From positions 1,178,001 to 1,242,000 of the forward strand of contig OZ251237.1 of NCBI GenBank assembly GCA_965240325.2: a stretch of 64,000 bases of DNA, in the 5' to 3' direction. The notes under the pieces are model-generated. The model was given only the letters and a program-made list of their open reading frames with translations, ran no database searches and had not been told where the DNA came from. The DNA is from Rebecca billardiae RCC1528. Taxonomy: Eukaryota; Protista; Haptophyta. How positions within the stretch are numbered: the stretch's first letter is position 1; every line of letters begins with the position of its first letter. The position numbers were made by a program, and so were the translations under genes. Shown here one piece after another: positions 53,519 through 64,000 of the stretch.

Positions 53519-54406
53519 GATCGGCCTTCGGACGCCTCGACCCGCAGGCCGCACGGCCTCACTCAGAGCTCAGTCTCAGTCTTAGCACAGTTTTTGCGGG
53601 CGAGACTCGCCCGACGTTGGCTGACGTGTCCGTGACGGACCGTAGCAGGTACGGTAGTCGTACTCAGAGGCACTGAGTCTGAGCAGTGAGTACCGCGGTG
53701 AGCTAATTCAACCGACTGACTGTGTCTGTGATCTATCCGAGTAACTGTAACTGTAAGTCACGTCCGACTGAACTCGGTACTCTTAGAAGATAACTCTACT
53801 AATGACTAACTAAGTACTGGCCGTGTTACTAGTAGTAGTAGTCCCGCGACCGAACTCACAGCACTCACTGAGTCACACTGACACTGTCACACTGACTCAC
53901 AGACACAGTTAGTAGTTACGCCTTACACTATAACAATAATTCCGAGTACGAATGTCGTCACGGCCCCGGACCGCGTCCGGCGGCTGGCACTGAGTCAGAC
54001 GCCGCCCGAAACGGCCGCGTGACGCTGATGGGCCGCGCCGAGCCCTTGAAGTTCCATTTCACCCGTTTCACGGTTCAGTGCGAGAAGCCGCGTTTACCCC
54101 GCGGCGTTAAGTCGCCCTGCCGGCTCCGGCTCCACCGAGCGGCTTGCGCCGCGGCGCCACATGCGCAGCCGCGGCCGCTCCGCGGCCGGCGTCCGCTCAG
54201 GTCGTCCCATCCCGCAAGCGAGAAGTGATGCGAGCACGCCCGAGATGCATGGCGACCCCCCAGTGCGCATGCCCCAGCTCGGCCCTCCTCCCATGGCATC
54301 ACCCACCTCCGGTGAGTCCATGTCGTCGTAATCTAGCCCAAGCCCTTTGGCCCGATGCCCCGATGGCCTTTGCCCCCCTGTCCTTGGCTGTCTGAATCTG
54401 AATGCC

Positions 54407-55598
54407 TCACCGCCCGGCGAGAACGCGGTGCTGGCCCTTGTGCGTGTCGTTCATGCGGATGAACTCATCCTGCGCGTCGCGCGTCACACACGCACGTGCG
54501 CGCGTGAGCGTGTCAGATGCACTCGTGCGCGCGCGCGCGCGCGCGGCCCGTGGCCGTGCGTGCCACCCCTCGCGCGGCCACGCCAAACGAGCGCCGTGCG
54601 GCCCACCTCAAGGTTGCCAAGGGCGAGCCATGACCAATCGAGCTTCGCGTCGAGCTGCTGGACTCGGTGCGTGGCGGCCACGTCGTCCTGCGTCACCGCA
54701 CAGACTGACTGCAGCTCCACGTTCAGCGAAGACGCGACTGAGGGCGGCGAGCTGCCTGACAGGATGCCCGCGCCCGCCACCGCTGGTCGCTTCGGTGGGG
54801 ATGCGAGCTGCGGCGGCGGCGGCGCGGGCGTGGTGGGCGTGGCGCCAACGGCCGAGGCGGTGGTGAGGCCCGAGGCGGTCGGCGAGCGCGCGCGAGGCGG
54901 CGAGTCAAGCCCCATGCCGTACGCCTCCAGCTGGCCCGTGGTGATCGAGAGCGGCTTTGTGCTCAGGGCCGGTGGCGGTGCGGTCGGCGCCGGCACATCG
55001 TGCGCAGGGCCAGCGGGCTCCTCGGAATCGAGGTCAGTGGTGATCGTGCCCTCTGCGGAGTTCAGGAGGACGGCCGTCTCGATGGGATCCTCGCCTCGTG
55101 GCGTGCCGTACCCCGCGTCCGTCTCGCTCGCCGTGCCGAGCAGGTAGTCCGCGAGCGCGTGGTGGGACTCTGCAACCAGCGCCGCCTCATCAGCCGTCAT
55201 ATCCATCCCGGCCGGCCCAGCGGCGATTGCCGCGCCCGAGTCAGCGCGCTGCCGCTTGGGTGGGGGGAGCTGCTCTTTGCGCGTCTTGCACGGGGTCAGT
55301 TGCAAGCACTTGCGCTTCGAGCACGCCTGCTTCTTGTGCCCTGCGCATCCGCACGCGTCGCACCGCCGCGCGGGTGCGATGTGTAAATGATCAGATGAGT
55401 GGGGAGGAGTGCGCCCTGGCGCCGGCGTGAGCGGCCGTCCGCCGCACCTGGACCACCGAACTTGGGCATATCGAGGCAGTTCATGCACTCCCCACAGTCA
55501 GACGATGTGCACATGCTGCAAGTGCCGCATCTAATCTGCCGATTTGCTTTGGGGTCCGCCTTCGCGCCGCTGGACTGCGCCTGCTCAGCTGACATCAT
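54407..55598 (-). CDS. CXXC zinc-finger protein; introns 55341-55447 and 54470-54606; 3' end uncertain
   Basis: RCGTCSMCTSSDCGECMNCLDMPKFGGP|GHKKQACSKRKC is a canonical zf-CXXC with KFGG motif; NLS-like PPPKRQR. Confidence 0.85.
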
Positions 55599-56542
55599 CT
55601 CCAGCGAGAGGGTCGGCGCACGCCCAGGGCCCTGTGCACGGAGAGTGCGAATGGAGAGGCGGAAGCGAGTCAGCGCGCGAGCTGCCGCCGCCCCCTGCGC
55701 TCGCATGCGCCGGACGTGAGTGCGCGCACCTCGACCCCGAAAGTTGTCTCGCCGGCAGAGGGACTGCGAGATGACGAGAACCCTGTTTGCTCTGGTGCGC
55801 TCGGTCGTTCGCCACAGCCCTCGGTTTCCAGGCTGCACGTGGTGTTCGGCACTGCAACGCTGAATGTCCATTGGATGGTGATGTTTCGAGTGGGTACTCT
55901 AAGATCCTCCGCATCCAATCAGCTTGAGGCCGTGAACTAGGCGACTTCCTCGGCCGACCTGAGAAGTCTGGGACTGTAAATAGGGGCTTAGGCACCCAGC
56001 TGCTGCATTACCGCAACCCTCACAGAAAGGAGATGCGACATCTGACCCCAAGGCCGTACTGACTGGTAATTATAAGCCAGGCGGCGGACGTTCGCGCATG
56101 CAGGCCGTTGCAGATTCATCAACCCAGGACCTGCCAGGACATCACCGGGCCCTGTGATGGACCAATAGCCGCCGTCCGGACTCCTCCCCGCCCTGGCTTC
56201 TCATCAAGCAAAACGATGTTTAACCGTATGGGGGTATACGGTATATGTACAAAGGAACATCTATAAATACTCAAGTGCAAGTCGTAACGCCCCTGCAAAA
56301 AAAGGACGGCATGAAATGACGTTACGCCCGCGCCGCCCGATTATTCAACGACTAACGAGGCGGCAGCTCATGACGATCGGACGGAGTCGGATTGACGCCC
56401 AGCCGAGCCGGGGGCGCCCCGACCAGAGTCAGACGGAGTAACTCCGCGGGCTATGTCATGAACGTCATTTGAAACAATGAGCCCTGCGGAGTCTCAGCGC
56501 CCGCGTATGATCGGCGAACCGGCGAACGGCCTGACACCGGCG

Positions 56543-57925
56543 TCACCTCGATGTCTCAAAGAGGATAGCGTGGAGCGCCAGTGGGACGATCAGCACGCCG
56601 AGCAGCAGCATGCCTTGCGCAACGTACCGCTTGGCGTGTGGCTGCGGGTGCAGCCTCCAGTAGATCGCACCGGGCAGGATGTAACTCACCGACGTCGAGC
56701 CCGTCGCGCCCACCATCGCCATCACCTTGCCCAGGTCGCGCACGCAGAGCGCGACGAGCCACGAGCCGAGGACGAACGCGGCCGTGTACACCCAGTAGCG
56801 CGTCGAGAAGGGCGGCGGAGGCCCGCGCTGTGGCGGCGCGTGCGGCACCTCGCGCGCGCGCTTGTCGCCCTCCGAGATGAGCGTGTCGAAGGACGCGTCC
56901 ACCGCGCGGGCGGTCTCCGGCTGGATGCAGCCGCAGCGCAGGGCCACGGCCATGCACGGAGCGCGCAGCGCGCGCTCGGCGGAGCGCCACAGCGTGAGCG
57001 CGCACACGCGGCTTGGGTGGCACTGCAGCGGGTAGCTGAGCACGACGTTGACCGCGAGCCCGACGCGCGCGAGGAGGAAGAGCACAGAGTCGGTGGGGAA
57101 GGTGCGCAGGATGTCGGGCGCCACGCTGCTGCCGTACACGTGGTACCCGCACACCGCGACGGTCGCGTACAACGCGATGGCGATCCCGACCGCGCAGCCG
57201 ATCACGCCGTTGAGCCGCCCGCTCGTCGGCGTGTCGAGCTCGTTGACGACCGCGAAGAGGTTCTGCTGGCACGTGTACCCGAAGATGAAGATGGTGAGCA
57301 CGCGCACGACTCCCGCGCTCGGCCAGCCCGACACCTCGCCGTGGCACCCCTCCAGCGCGATCGGCTCCACCGCCCCTCTGCACGGCGGCAGCGGCGGCTG
57401 GAGCAGCAGTGTGTACAGCGCGAGCGCGGCCAGGTACGCGACGAGGCAGAGGGAGAGCGAGCTGGTGAAGCGCAGCATGTCGAGGCGCGAGACGCAGGCC
57501 AGCGGGCCGGCGATCGCGATCGCGATGCACACCCACAGCTGCCGGCTCTGCCACGCCGGCGGCGCGCCGAGCTCCTGCATGGCGGATGGCAGCATGTCTG
57601 CTGCGACGATCAAGTAGCTTGTCGCGACGCCAAAGCACTTGGTGGCGACGGCGAGGTCGATGAGGAAGGCGAAGCTCGGGATGCTCGCCATCGCGACGGT
57701 GTAGAACGACGCGGGCGTCTCGTCCGACGCGCCCACGGTGCGCGCGCTCTCCGCGAGCAGGTGCAGCGACGTCATGCAGCCGACCGCGCACGCGACGAGC
57801 ATGCCGACGCCGAGAGCAAAGCCGCACTGCACGAACGCGTACGGCAGGCCGAGAATACCCGCGCCGACAATGGTGTTGGCCAGGTTCGCGACGCAGCTCA
57901 GCGCCGTGGCTGACTGCCGCGGCAT
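56543..57925 (-). CDS. Amino acid/auxin permease (AAAP, SLC38/Avt-like) transporter
   Basis: NLANTIVGAGILGLPYAF, KCFGVATSYLIVAAD, LRFTS, IFIFGYTCQQN, SYPLQCHPSR, VGATGSTSVSYILPG. Confidence 0.92.
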   Translation of the reverse strand: MPRQSATALSCVANLANTIVGAGILGLPYAFVQCGFALGVGMLVACAVGCMTSLHLLAESARTVGASDETPASFYTVAMASIPSFAFLIDLAVATKCFGVATSYLIVAADMLPSAMQELGAPPAWQSRQLWVCIAIAIAGPLACVSRLDMLRFTSSLSLCLVAYLAALALYTLLLQPPLPPCRGAVEPIALEGCHGEVSGWPSAGVVRVLTIFIFGYTCQQNLFAVVNELDTPTSGRLNGVIGCAVGIAIALYATVAVCGYHVYGSSVAPDILRTFPTDSVLFLLARVGLAVNVVLSYPLQCHPSRVCALTLWRSAERALRAPCMAVALRCGCIQPETARAVDASFDTLISEGDKRAREVPHAPPQRGPPPPFSTRYWVYTAAFVLGSWLVALCVRDLGKVMAMVGATGSTSVSYILPGAIYWRLHPQPHAKRYVAQGMLLLGVLIVPLALHAILFETSR

Positions 57926-58203
57926 GGTCGGCTCGCTCAAATGAGCGTTTGGTCACGACGTCGACATGCCTGTAGATTCCTCTTGACAACGGCCTTGGTG
58001 GCAGCGCTTCCCACGGGTGTGAGCCCCCCTTTATTTCTTTGGTGTGAGACTGCTTATGAGATGAGATTCATGAGAAGCTACGTATATCTTAAAACTGTAT
58101 CGGTGCGTGATCGATGCCACTGTCAGAATCTGCATCATCCATTCCGGATCTGCATGGCCATGGGTTGTGCTGCTGGGCCGCGCTAAGAACCTCCGGCGGA
58201 CCG

Positions 58204-60102
58204 TCAGAATCGGAGTTGGAGGGCGCGGTGGCGCCGCCGCCGGCGCCGTTCGGCGACGTCAAGCCGGCCCAGCAGCTGCGAGTAAGGCACGACGCGGAAC
58301 GGATCTCGCTCCATGAAGTAGGGGTCTGTGCTCACGCCTCGCGATGCCACGGGCGCCAGATCTAGCCCCGCGGCGTCAGTTGTCGTCGAGCTCGAGCTCT
58401 GCGCGCAGCCATCCCCCAGCGCACGGCGCGTACAGGCTGGCGGCGGGGGCGGCGGGGCTGGCGTGTCGAAGCACAGCCGGAGGAACGCGTCGAGCAACGG
58501 CGGGTGCACGTGCACGTTGTCGTCGGCGTTGCGCCGCAACTCCTCGGTGCGGTAGCGGCAGGCGCGGTGCCCCGCGAGGTGCGCGAGGTTGTAGTAGCAG
58601 AACGGGCCTGAGCGCGGCGGCACGAGCTCGAGCACGGTCGTACCCGCCCGCGCGAAGAGCAGCCACGTCAGCGCGGCGCCGTGCACGCCGACGAGCACGT
58701 CCGCGCCGCGCACCAGCTTGAGCTGCTCCACCACGCTCAGCTCGCCGAGATCGACCGCGCGCACGTGTGCCGCCGCCGCCGCCTCAGAGCCGTTCCGCCC
58801 GGGGGGCGTGCGCGTCTGCGCGCGTGGCGCCACGGCAGGCGGAGACCCCCCGCTCTGCCAGCCGCGAGATGGGTACTCGAACGCGTCCTGGATCGCCTCC
58901 GGGTTGAGAATGCGCCGGTAGCTCTTGGCGGTGCGCAGCAGCAGGAGCACGCGCGCCGGCCGAGGCGCGGGCGCGCCGGCAGGCGAGTCGGCTCGCGGCG
59001 TGACGGGCGTCGGCAGCTCGCCGTCCATGGGCAGGCCGAGCCCGCGCACGACCGCGTCGCGGAAGCCGGCCAGTAGCGACGACGGCGCGCAGCGCCGCGC
59101 CATCGGCTTGTGGAAGTCGCGCCACGTGATCGCGAGGTGGCGATACGGCACGAGCAGCTGCCCAAAGCACTCGGGCGTAGACGCGTGGCCAAGGGGAAGG
59201 ACGCGCTGGAAGAGGGCGCGGAGCAGGACGGTGGACAGGTCGGTGCGCCGCACCACGTCGTCGGTGACGAGTAGCGTCGCCGACGCCGGGTCGACCCCCG
59301 CCGCGAGCGTCGACAAGTACGCGCCCACGACGGCGCTCACCGCGTGGAAGACGTTCCTCTCGCCGTCGTGCGCGAACAGCACGTGCGTCGTCGGCGGCGG
59401 TGGCGGCGCGGCCGCGTCCTCCGCACGCGGCGAGGACGATCGGTTTGTGGGGCACGCTTGGGCGCTGGCGCTGCCGGCTGGCACCAGCAACCAGCCATGC
59501 CGCTGGTACATGTGCTTCGGGATCGTGAGCCGAGCCGCGAAGCGGCCGCACGGCGCATGCACCGAGACGCCGCGGCGGTTGCGCTGCCTCAGGCTGGCGC
59601 GCGGGATGCGCGCACCGTGCACGCTGATCACGCCCTCAGCGATCGGCGTCGCCTTCCGGCCCGACCGGCTCCATTGCACCGCGAGAATGCTCGCCCGCTC
59701 GCACAGCTCGACGCGCGCCGCGCGCAGCTGCTCGAGCAGAGCACCCGAGTTCAGAGAGCGGCAGTCCTGGCCCAGCGCTGGCGGCGAACGCAGCCCGCCC
59801 CGATGCGGCCGATGCCCGGTACTCGCGTCGACGCGGGCGTGCACTGCCGTCCGAGTGCTGTTCCGCGCCCAAACGCCGCTATCGGCGCCTCGCGGGGCTG
59901 CTGCACTCGGGCCGGTGGCACTGCCGTTTTCGGTGCCGGTCTCACCGTTCTCACCGTTTCGCAGATCCGCCGCGCGCGGCTCTGATGCGGCTGTGTCGAC
60001 GAGCGTCTCGGCATTGTGGTGGCGATCGTACATTACGAGCGCCATGAGAGTGAGGGCCGTGCCCAGACTGAAGCTCGCGCTCGCACGGGACCACGTCGTC
60101 AT
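58204..60102 (-). CDS. Glycosyltransferase family 61 (EOGT/xylosyltransferase-like), type II membrane protein
   Basis: N-terminal TM anchor; NVFH, RRILN, EQLKLVRGADVLVGVHGAALTWLLF...VLEL, YYNLAHLAG. Confidence 0.85.
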   Translation of the reverse strand: MTTWSRASASFSLGTALTLMALVMYDRHHNAETLVDTAASEPRAADLRNGENGETGTENGSATGPSAAAPRGADSGVWARNSTRTAVHARVDASTGHRPHRGGLRSPPALGQDCRSLNSGALLEQLRAARVELCERASILAVQWSRSGRKATPIAEGVISVHGARIPRASLRQRNRRGVSVHAPCGRFAARLTIPKHMYQRHGWLLVPAGSASAQACPTNRSSSPRAEDAAAPPPPPTTHVLFAHDGERNVFHAVSAVVGAYLSTLAAGVDPASATLLVTDDVVRRTDLSTVLLRALFQRVLPLGHASTPECFGQLLVPYRHLAITWRDFHKPMARRCAPSSLLAGFRDAVVRGLGLPMDGELPTPVTPRADSPAGAPAPRPARVLLLLRTAKSYRRILNPEAIQDAFEYPSRGWQSGGSPPAVAPRAQTRTPPGRNGSEAAAAAHVRAVDLGELSVVEQLKLVRGADVLVGVHGAALTWLLFARAGTTVLELVPPRSGPFCYYNLAHLAGHRACRYRTEELRRNADDNVHVHPPLLDAFLRLCFDTPAPPPPPPACTRRALGDGCAQSSSSTTTDAAGLDLAPVASRGVSTDPYFMERDPFRVVPYSQLLGRLDVAERRRRRRHRALQLRF

Positions 60103-63100
60103 GCATGCGCCCTGAGTGTGAAGGCCTCCCCCCCTTTCATTCCTTTGATGCCGCCATCGTATTTCGTAGTATGGGGGTACCGTGACGGTATGTTTGACTC
60201 GCGTGAAGCCGGCATAGGTGGGTGCGGCCGCCCGGCGAAGCCGCACGAAGCCGGTGAAGCGGGCGCGCGGTGGCCACGGTCGCGGCGATCCGCGCAGTCT
60301 AGCGGGTGGCGAGGCGACAGTGGGCGCGTCCCAGTCGGTCGCCGACGTGCCGCGCCCTGCCGACCAGCCGCCTTGACGCAATGGCCCGCCGACCCCCGGC
60401 GTCCGCCTGGGCTACGTGCACGCGGCGATTTGAATGAGGCGCGCGCTGCCGGCTGGCAAGGAATTCGACGAGGGCGAGGACGAGGGTGATGAGGAATGGA
60501 TGGCCGTAGACACTGTGAGCGCTGGCCTCTCTGCTGACTCCAGAGCGCCGCACGCGCACACGTGCAAGCACCCGTCTGGCGCGCCTCCGCATGGCAGAAG
60601 GCGGATCGTCTGTGGTGAAGTGATCCGGAGATACCTGGCGTTGAGTCGCCCCCTTCGGCGGAGGCAAGTTGGCGAGGAGTGTGTGCCGACCCGTGCTTCG
60701 CCGCGGACCCGTCCGCGTGTGGCCCCGCGACGTGCGGTCTCGCTGCGCCCCCGCCCAGCACTGCTTGGTGCCTGGCTGCGGCGCAGGCGCAGGGCTACCT
60801 GGCCGCACGCTCGTCAGCAACAGGCTGACGCGGCGACCTGCGGCTCCAAATGGCAGCAGCGGCGGGGTGGTGGTGGAAGAGCGCCATGCCTTACATAGCC
60901 ACGGTGTGCGGTCGGCAGGTGCCATCGCCAGTGACCGCCGAGCGGCGACGGCTGAGCTGAGCTGCATGGCGACTGCGGAGCCCGCCGAGCGTCGAGCCGC
61001 GCGCCGCGCCCGGTCGCCCGAATCGGCGGAGGGCAATCGCCTGGACGGAGTCGGCAGCCTCAGGCCTGCTCGGTTGGTCCGCTCACCCCGCTGCCGCCAG
61101 CAAGGAGACTATGCGCTTAGGCTGGCGCACATGAGACAGTATACGTATGATCGTCGCCGTGCGGTGAATCTCTGGCTGCCCGCGCGCGCGGCGGTGCGCA
61201 TGCACGGTGGGCGGGCTGATCTGTGATCATCCGCCCGATGTTGCTCAATGGCGGCTGACCGTGGGGGTGACTGTGGAGCTGGGGGTGGGAGGTGGGGCAT
61301 GACGCTCTCCTACTCTTGCCGCAAGGTCCCTCGCGGTCGTCCCGCGCAGCGATTCCCGCACTCGCCCCTCGCCATCATCACGCGCCCTCAGCGGCGCGCC
61401 GCTGCGCGGCGGCGCGCCCAACCCAGCCGGGCGGGGCACGCGCTCGCGTTTGCTCCCACCTCGCCCTCGAGACGAGCGCGGGCGGCGGGGCTCCTCCTCC
61501 TCCTCCTCCTCCTCCTCCTCTTGCGCGCGCCGGCGCCGGCGGGGCGGCTCCTCCTCCTCCTCCTCCTCCTCCTCATCCTCGCCGGCGCCGCGGCCGCCGG
61601 CAGCGGCGGCGCCGCTGGCGCCGCCGCCGGAGAGGGGCCGCCGAGGGCCAAGAGGGGCGGGAGGGGCGGCAAGGAGCCGCGGCCTGGAATGACCTGCGCG
61701 AGCACGGGTGTCGCCGATGGCGACGGCTGTCGCCGGCTGTCGCCGATGGCGACGGCGCCGGTGCGAATGGCAGCACGGACGGTCGCGGGCGCGTCGTCCA
61801 TGCTGGCTTCAGCGCGGCTTCAGCCCGCTTCAGCGGGCTTCAGCGGGCGTGAAGCCGCGCTGAAGCCGCACTGCGCGTCGCTTCAACATTGTGCTGTATT
61901 GTTGCCCCAAACCGTATCTGGCTTCACCCTCTACTAGTAGTATATAGAACGTATACCGTATGGTACTGCGTAGAATGACCTGGAGACCGCAGGCTTCTGA
62001 GACAAACGCGTGAAGCGCGCTGCTTAGGAGGGGGGGGGGGGGCTCCTAAGCAGGGCCTGGAGTCCGGACGCGGCCGCCGCTGCCGCGGGCGCTGCGAGGT
62101 TTGAGTCCGGGTCGCCCTTCCCACGTCGCGCCGCCGCGCGAGAACGCGACGTAGGCCGCGAGGACGTCCCCCCGCGCGCGGCGCGTGGTGCGCCGAGCCA
62201 GAGCACGTGTACTGCCGCCCTCTGCCGCGGCTCGTCACCTCATCTCACCCGCGTTGCTCAGCGCGGGCGCCGTGCGACGCCGGCGACGTGACTCAGCTTG
62301 CACACGCCGGATGAGAAGCTGCACCCAGAGGCCGAGCTGCGCTCTAGCCCCTGGTGCGCCCGGTGGGCAGCGTGCACATGGATGTTATGCGTCTTCCCCG
62401 CGCTCAGTGGTCTGTCTCGAGGCGTCTCTAGAGTGAGTTGTTGGCTCTGCTACACGACTGCGTTTGAATTGCGCGTGTCGACGCACTCTGTCATGCCCGT
62501 GCGTGGGCAGTGTACGTCCTCAGGTTGCGGGCGCACGCGCGCGCCTGGTCGCAGTAATCATAGGCCTACCCGACACCAACGATTTTGGGTCCTGCACGGT
62601 CATCAGGTGGGCGCAGTGCACGTGCGTGCGCGGTGCGAGTTGCATCCAAGCCGCGACGCCTTTGCGCGCGCTGCTCGCGTTGGCGGAGAGAGGCGAGGAG
62701 CGACCGCCGACGCGTACCTGGGGACTACGTATGACCTTGGTCGACTACCAGCCTCGTCGCGTCCGCGCGCACGGGCCGTATTCGTCCGCACCGACGCTCG
62801 CGAGGTACGCTAGCAGCGGCACCGGGGGCACGGTGCCGCCTTTCACGGGTTTGAGTCACAAGCCGCAGGCAGACGGCGGCGGAACCTTCTGGACCTGGCT
62901 GGTACTCTCCGCCATCGCACTCGCTTCACGCGAGTGCGATGGCGGAGGGCTGCGCCCGCCGAGTAACGATGGCGGCGCAGTCCGGAGGAGAGTACCAGAC
63001 AGCTTCTGGACGCAAAACTGATCGACGAAAATGCAAATCCCACTAATTACCGAGAGCTCGCGCCGCCGCCGGCGCGATCCGCCGGCGAAACTGCGACTCT

Positions 63101-63156
63101 CCGACCTCCGACCTCCGCGGTCCCGTCTCGCCCGGCTCTCTCGTCCCACCACGACC

Positions 63157-63520
63157 ATGGATCTCTTCAACGTGCAGCCGCTTGAGTTCGACACGACCGT
63201 GGAGGTCGAGGAGAAGCGCCACCACCACCACCACCAGTGAGCGCGCGACTTCCACGCGCTGCGCGCCCCCCTTCGCGCGACCTTCCCTTTTACGCCGCAA
63301 GCGCGCTGACCATATTTGAATTGCGGCGCGCGTCACCTGCTGCGCCAGCCGCCACCACCACGCGGTCGAGACGGTGGAGCTCGATGAGAAGCGCCACCAC
63401 CACCACCGCCACCACCGTCACCACGAGGCCGAGAAAGTCGAGCTCGATGAGAAGCGCCACCACCACCACCGCCACCACCACCACCACGAGGTCGAGACCG
63501 TCGACATCGTGCCGATGTAG
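63157..63520 (+). CDS. Small histidine-rich triple-repeat peptide (83 aa); exons 63157-63236 and 63349-63520
   Basis: ACCATGG start context; intron GTGAGC...GCTGAC...CCAG; the spliced frame continues the repeat exactly and ends ATG TAG. Confidence 0.75.
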
Positions 63521-64000
63521 GCGTAAAGGCCCGTAGGCACGCTTCACACCGTGATGCATGGCTCTCGAGGACACCTTCCTCTGGGCTGTCGTCGGTGGTG
63601 CCTCGTCTCGCGTCGTCGACGTCGTTTGGCCGCAGTCAGCCGGCGCACTCACGGCCATTGCCTGAAATTGGCACGCGGACTACTGACTGCAGCGTCTGCA
63701 GCTGGTTCGCGCCGTCCGCCGCGCGGTTCGCGAGCCGTAGTCCGGCCCTGCGAGCTGCCAGGAGGAGTAGGTGTGTACTGTCTCGCCGGCTGCTACGACT
63801 TGACCGACGATCTCACGATGACGATCTGACATGCATCCGCGAGTATTCCGACGCGATGGCGTATTATGATCGGCTACGCCGATCTTCGGGTAGTAAACAA
63901 CGAAGTTGAGGGCGCACGGCCCTAGCTAGTTCCGCGCGTGGCTGCGTGCGCCAGCTGCGCGCACCCGCTGTGCCCGCGTTGAGCCCATGCGAGCGCCGCG

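Overview
Gene-dense, very GC-rich eukaryotic genomic DNA with short GC-rich GT-AG introns (typical donor GTGCGC/GTGAG, acceptor (C)GCAG) and predicted signal+transit-type plastid proteins. This suggests an alga with a complex plastid, possibly a haptophyte of the Pavlovales type (inference only). About 20 protein-coding genes can be supported: TLC-domain protein, conserved plastid membrane protein, Shewanella-like metallophosphatase, DDX11/Chl1 helicase, long-form NDP kinase, NEK kinase, CBP/p300 (KAT11) acetyltransferase, Tim17/22-family protein, tandem chorismate-lyase-fold protein, AASDH-like A-T-PQQ NRPS-like enzyme, pheophytinase-like hydrolase, homeobox protein, MFS transporter, RRP42, a small coiled-coil protein, EMC2, DUF2214, CXXC zinc finger, AAAP amino-acid transporter and a GT61 glycosyltransferase. 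Many lie in tight head-to-head pairs. The most notable items are missed by the ORF track. (1) A spliced 83-aa His-rich triple-repeat peptide gene (63157-63520). (2) A ~4.9-kb Helitron-like non-autonomous element with terminal hairpins and an internal 2.4-kb tandem duplication (23646-28533). (3) At least five distinct non-autonomous TIR element families, including one MITE present both empty (38159-38673) and carrying two nested insertions (48364-50730), which defines their TSDs directly. (4) A divergent chorismate-lyase-like / NRPS-like gene pair. All calls were made by eye from motifs; no database searches were run.
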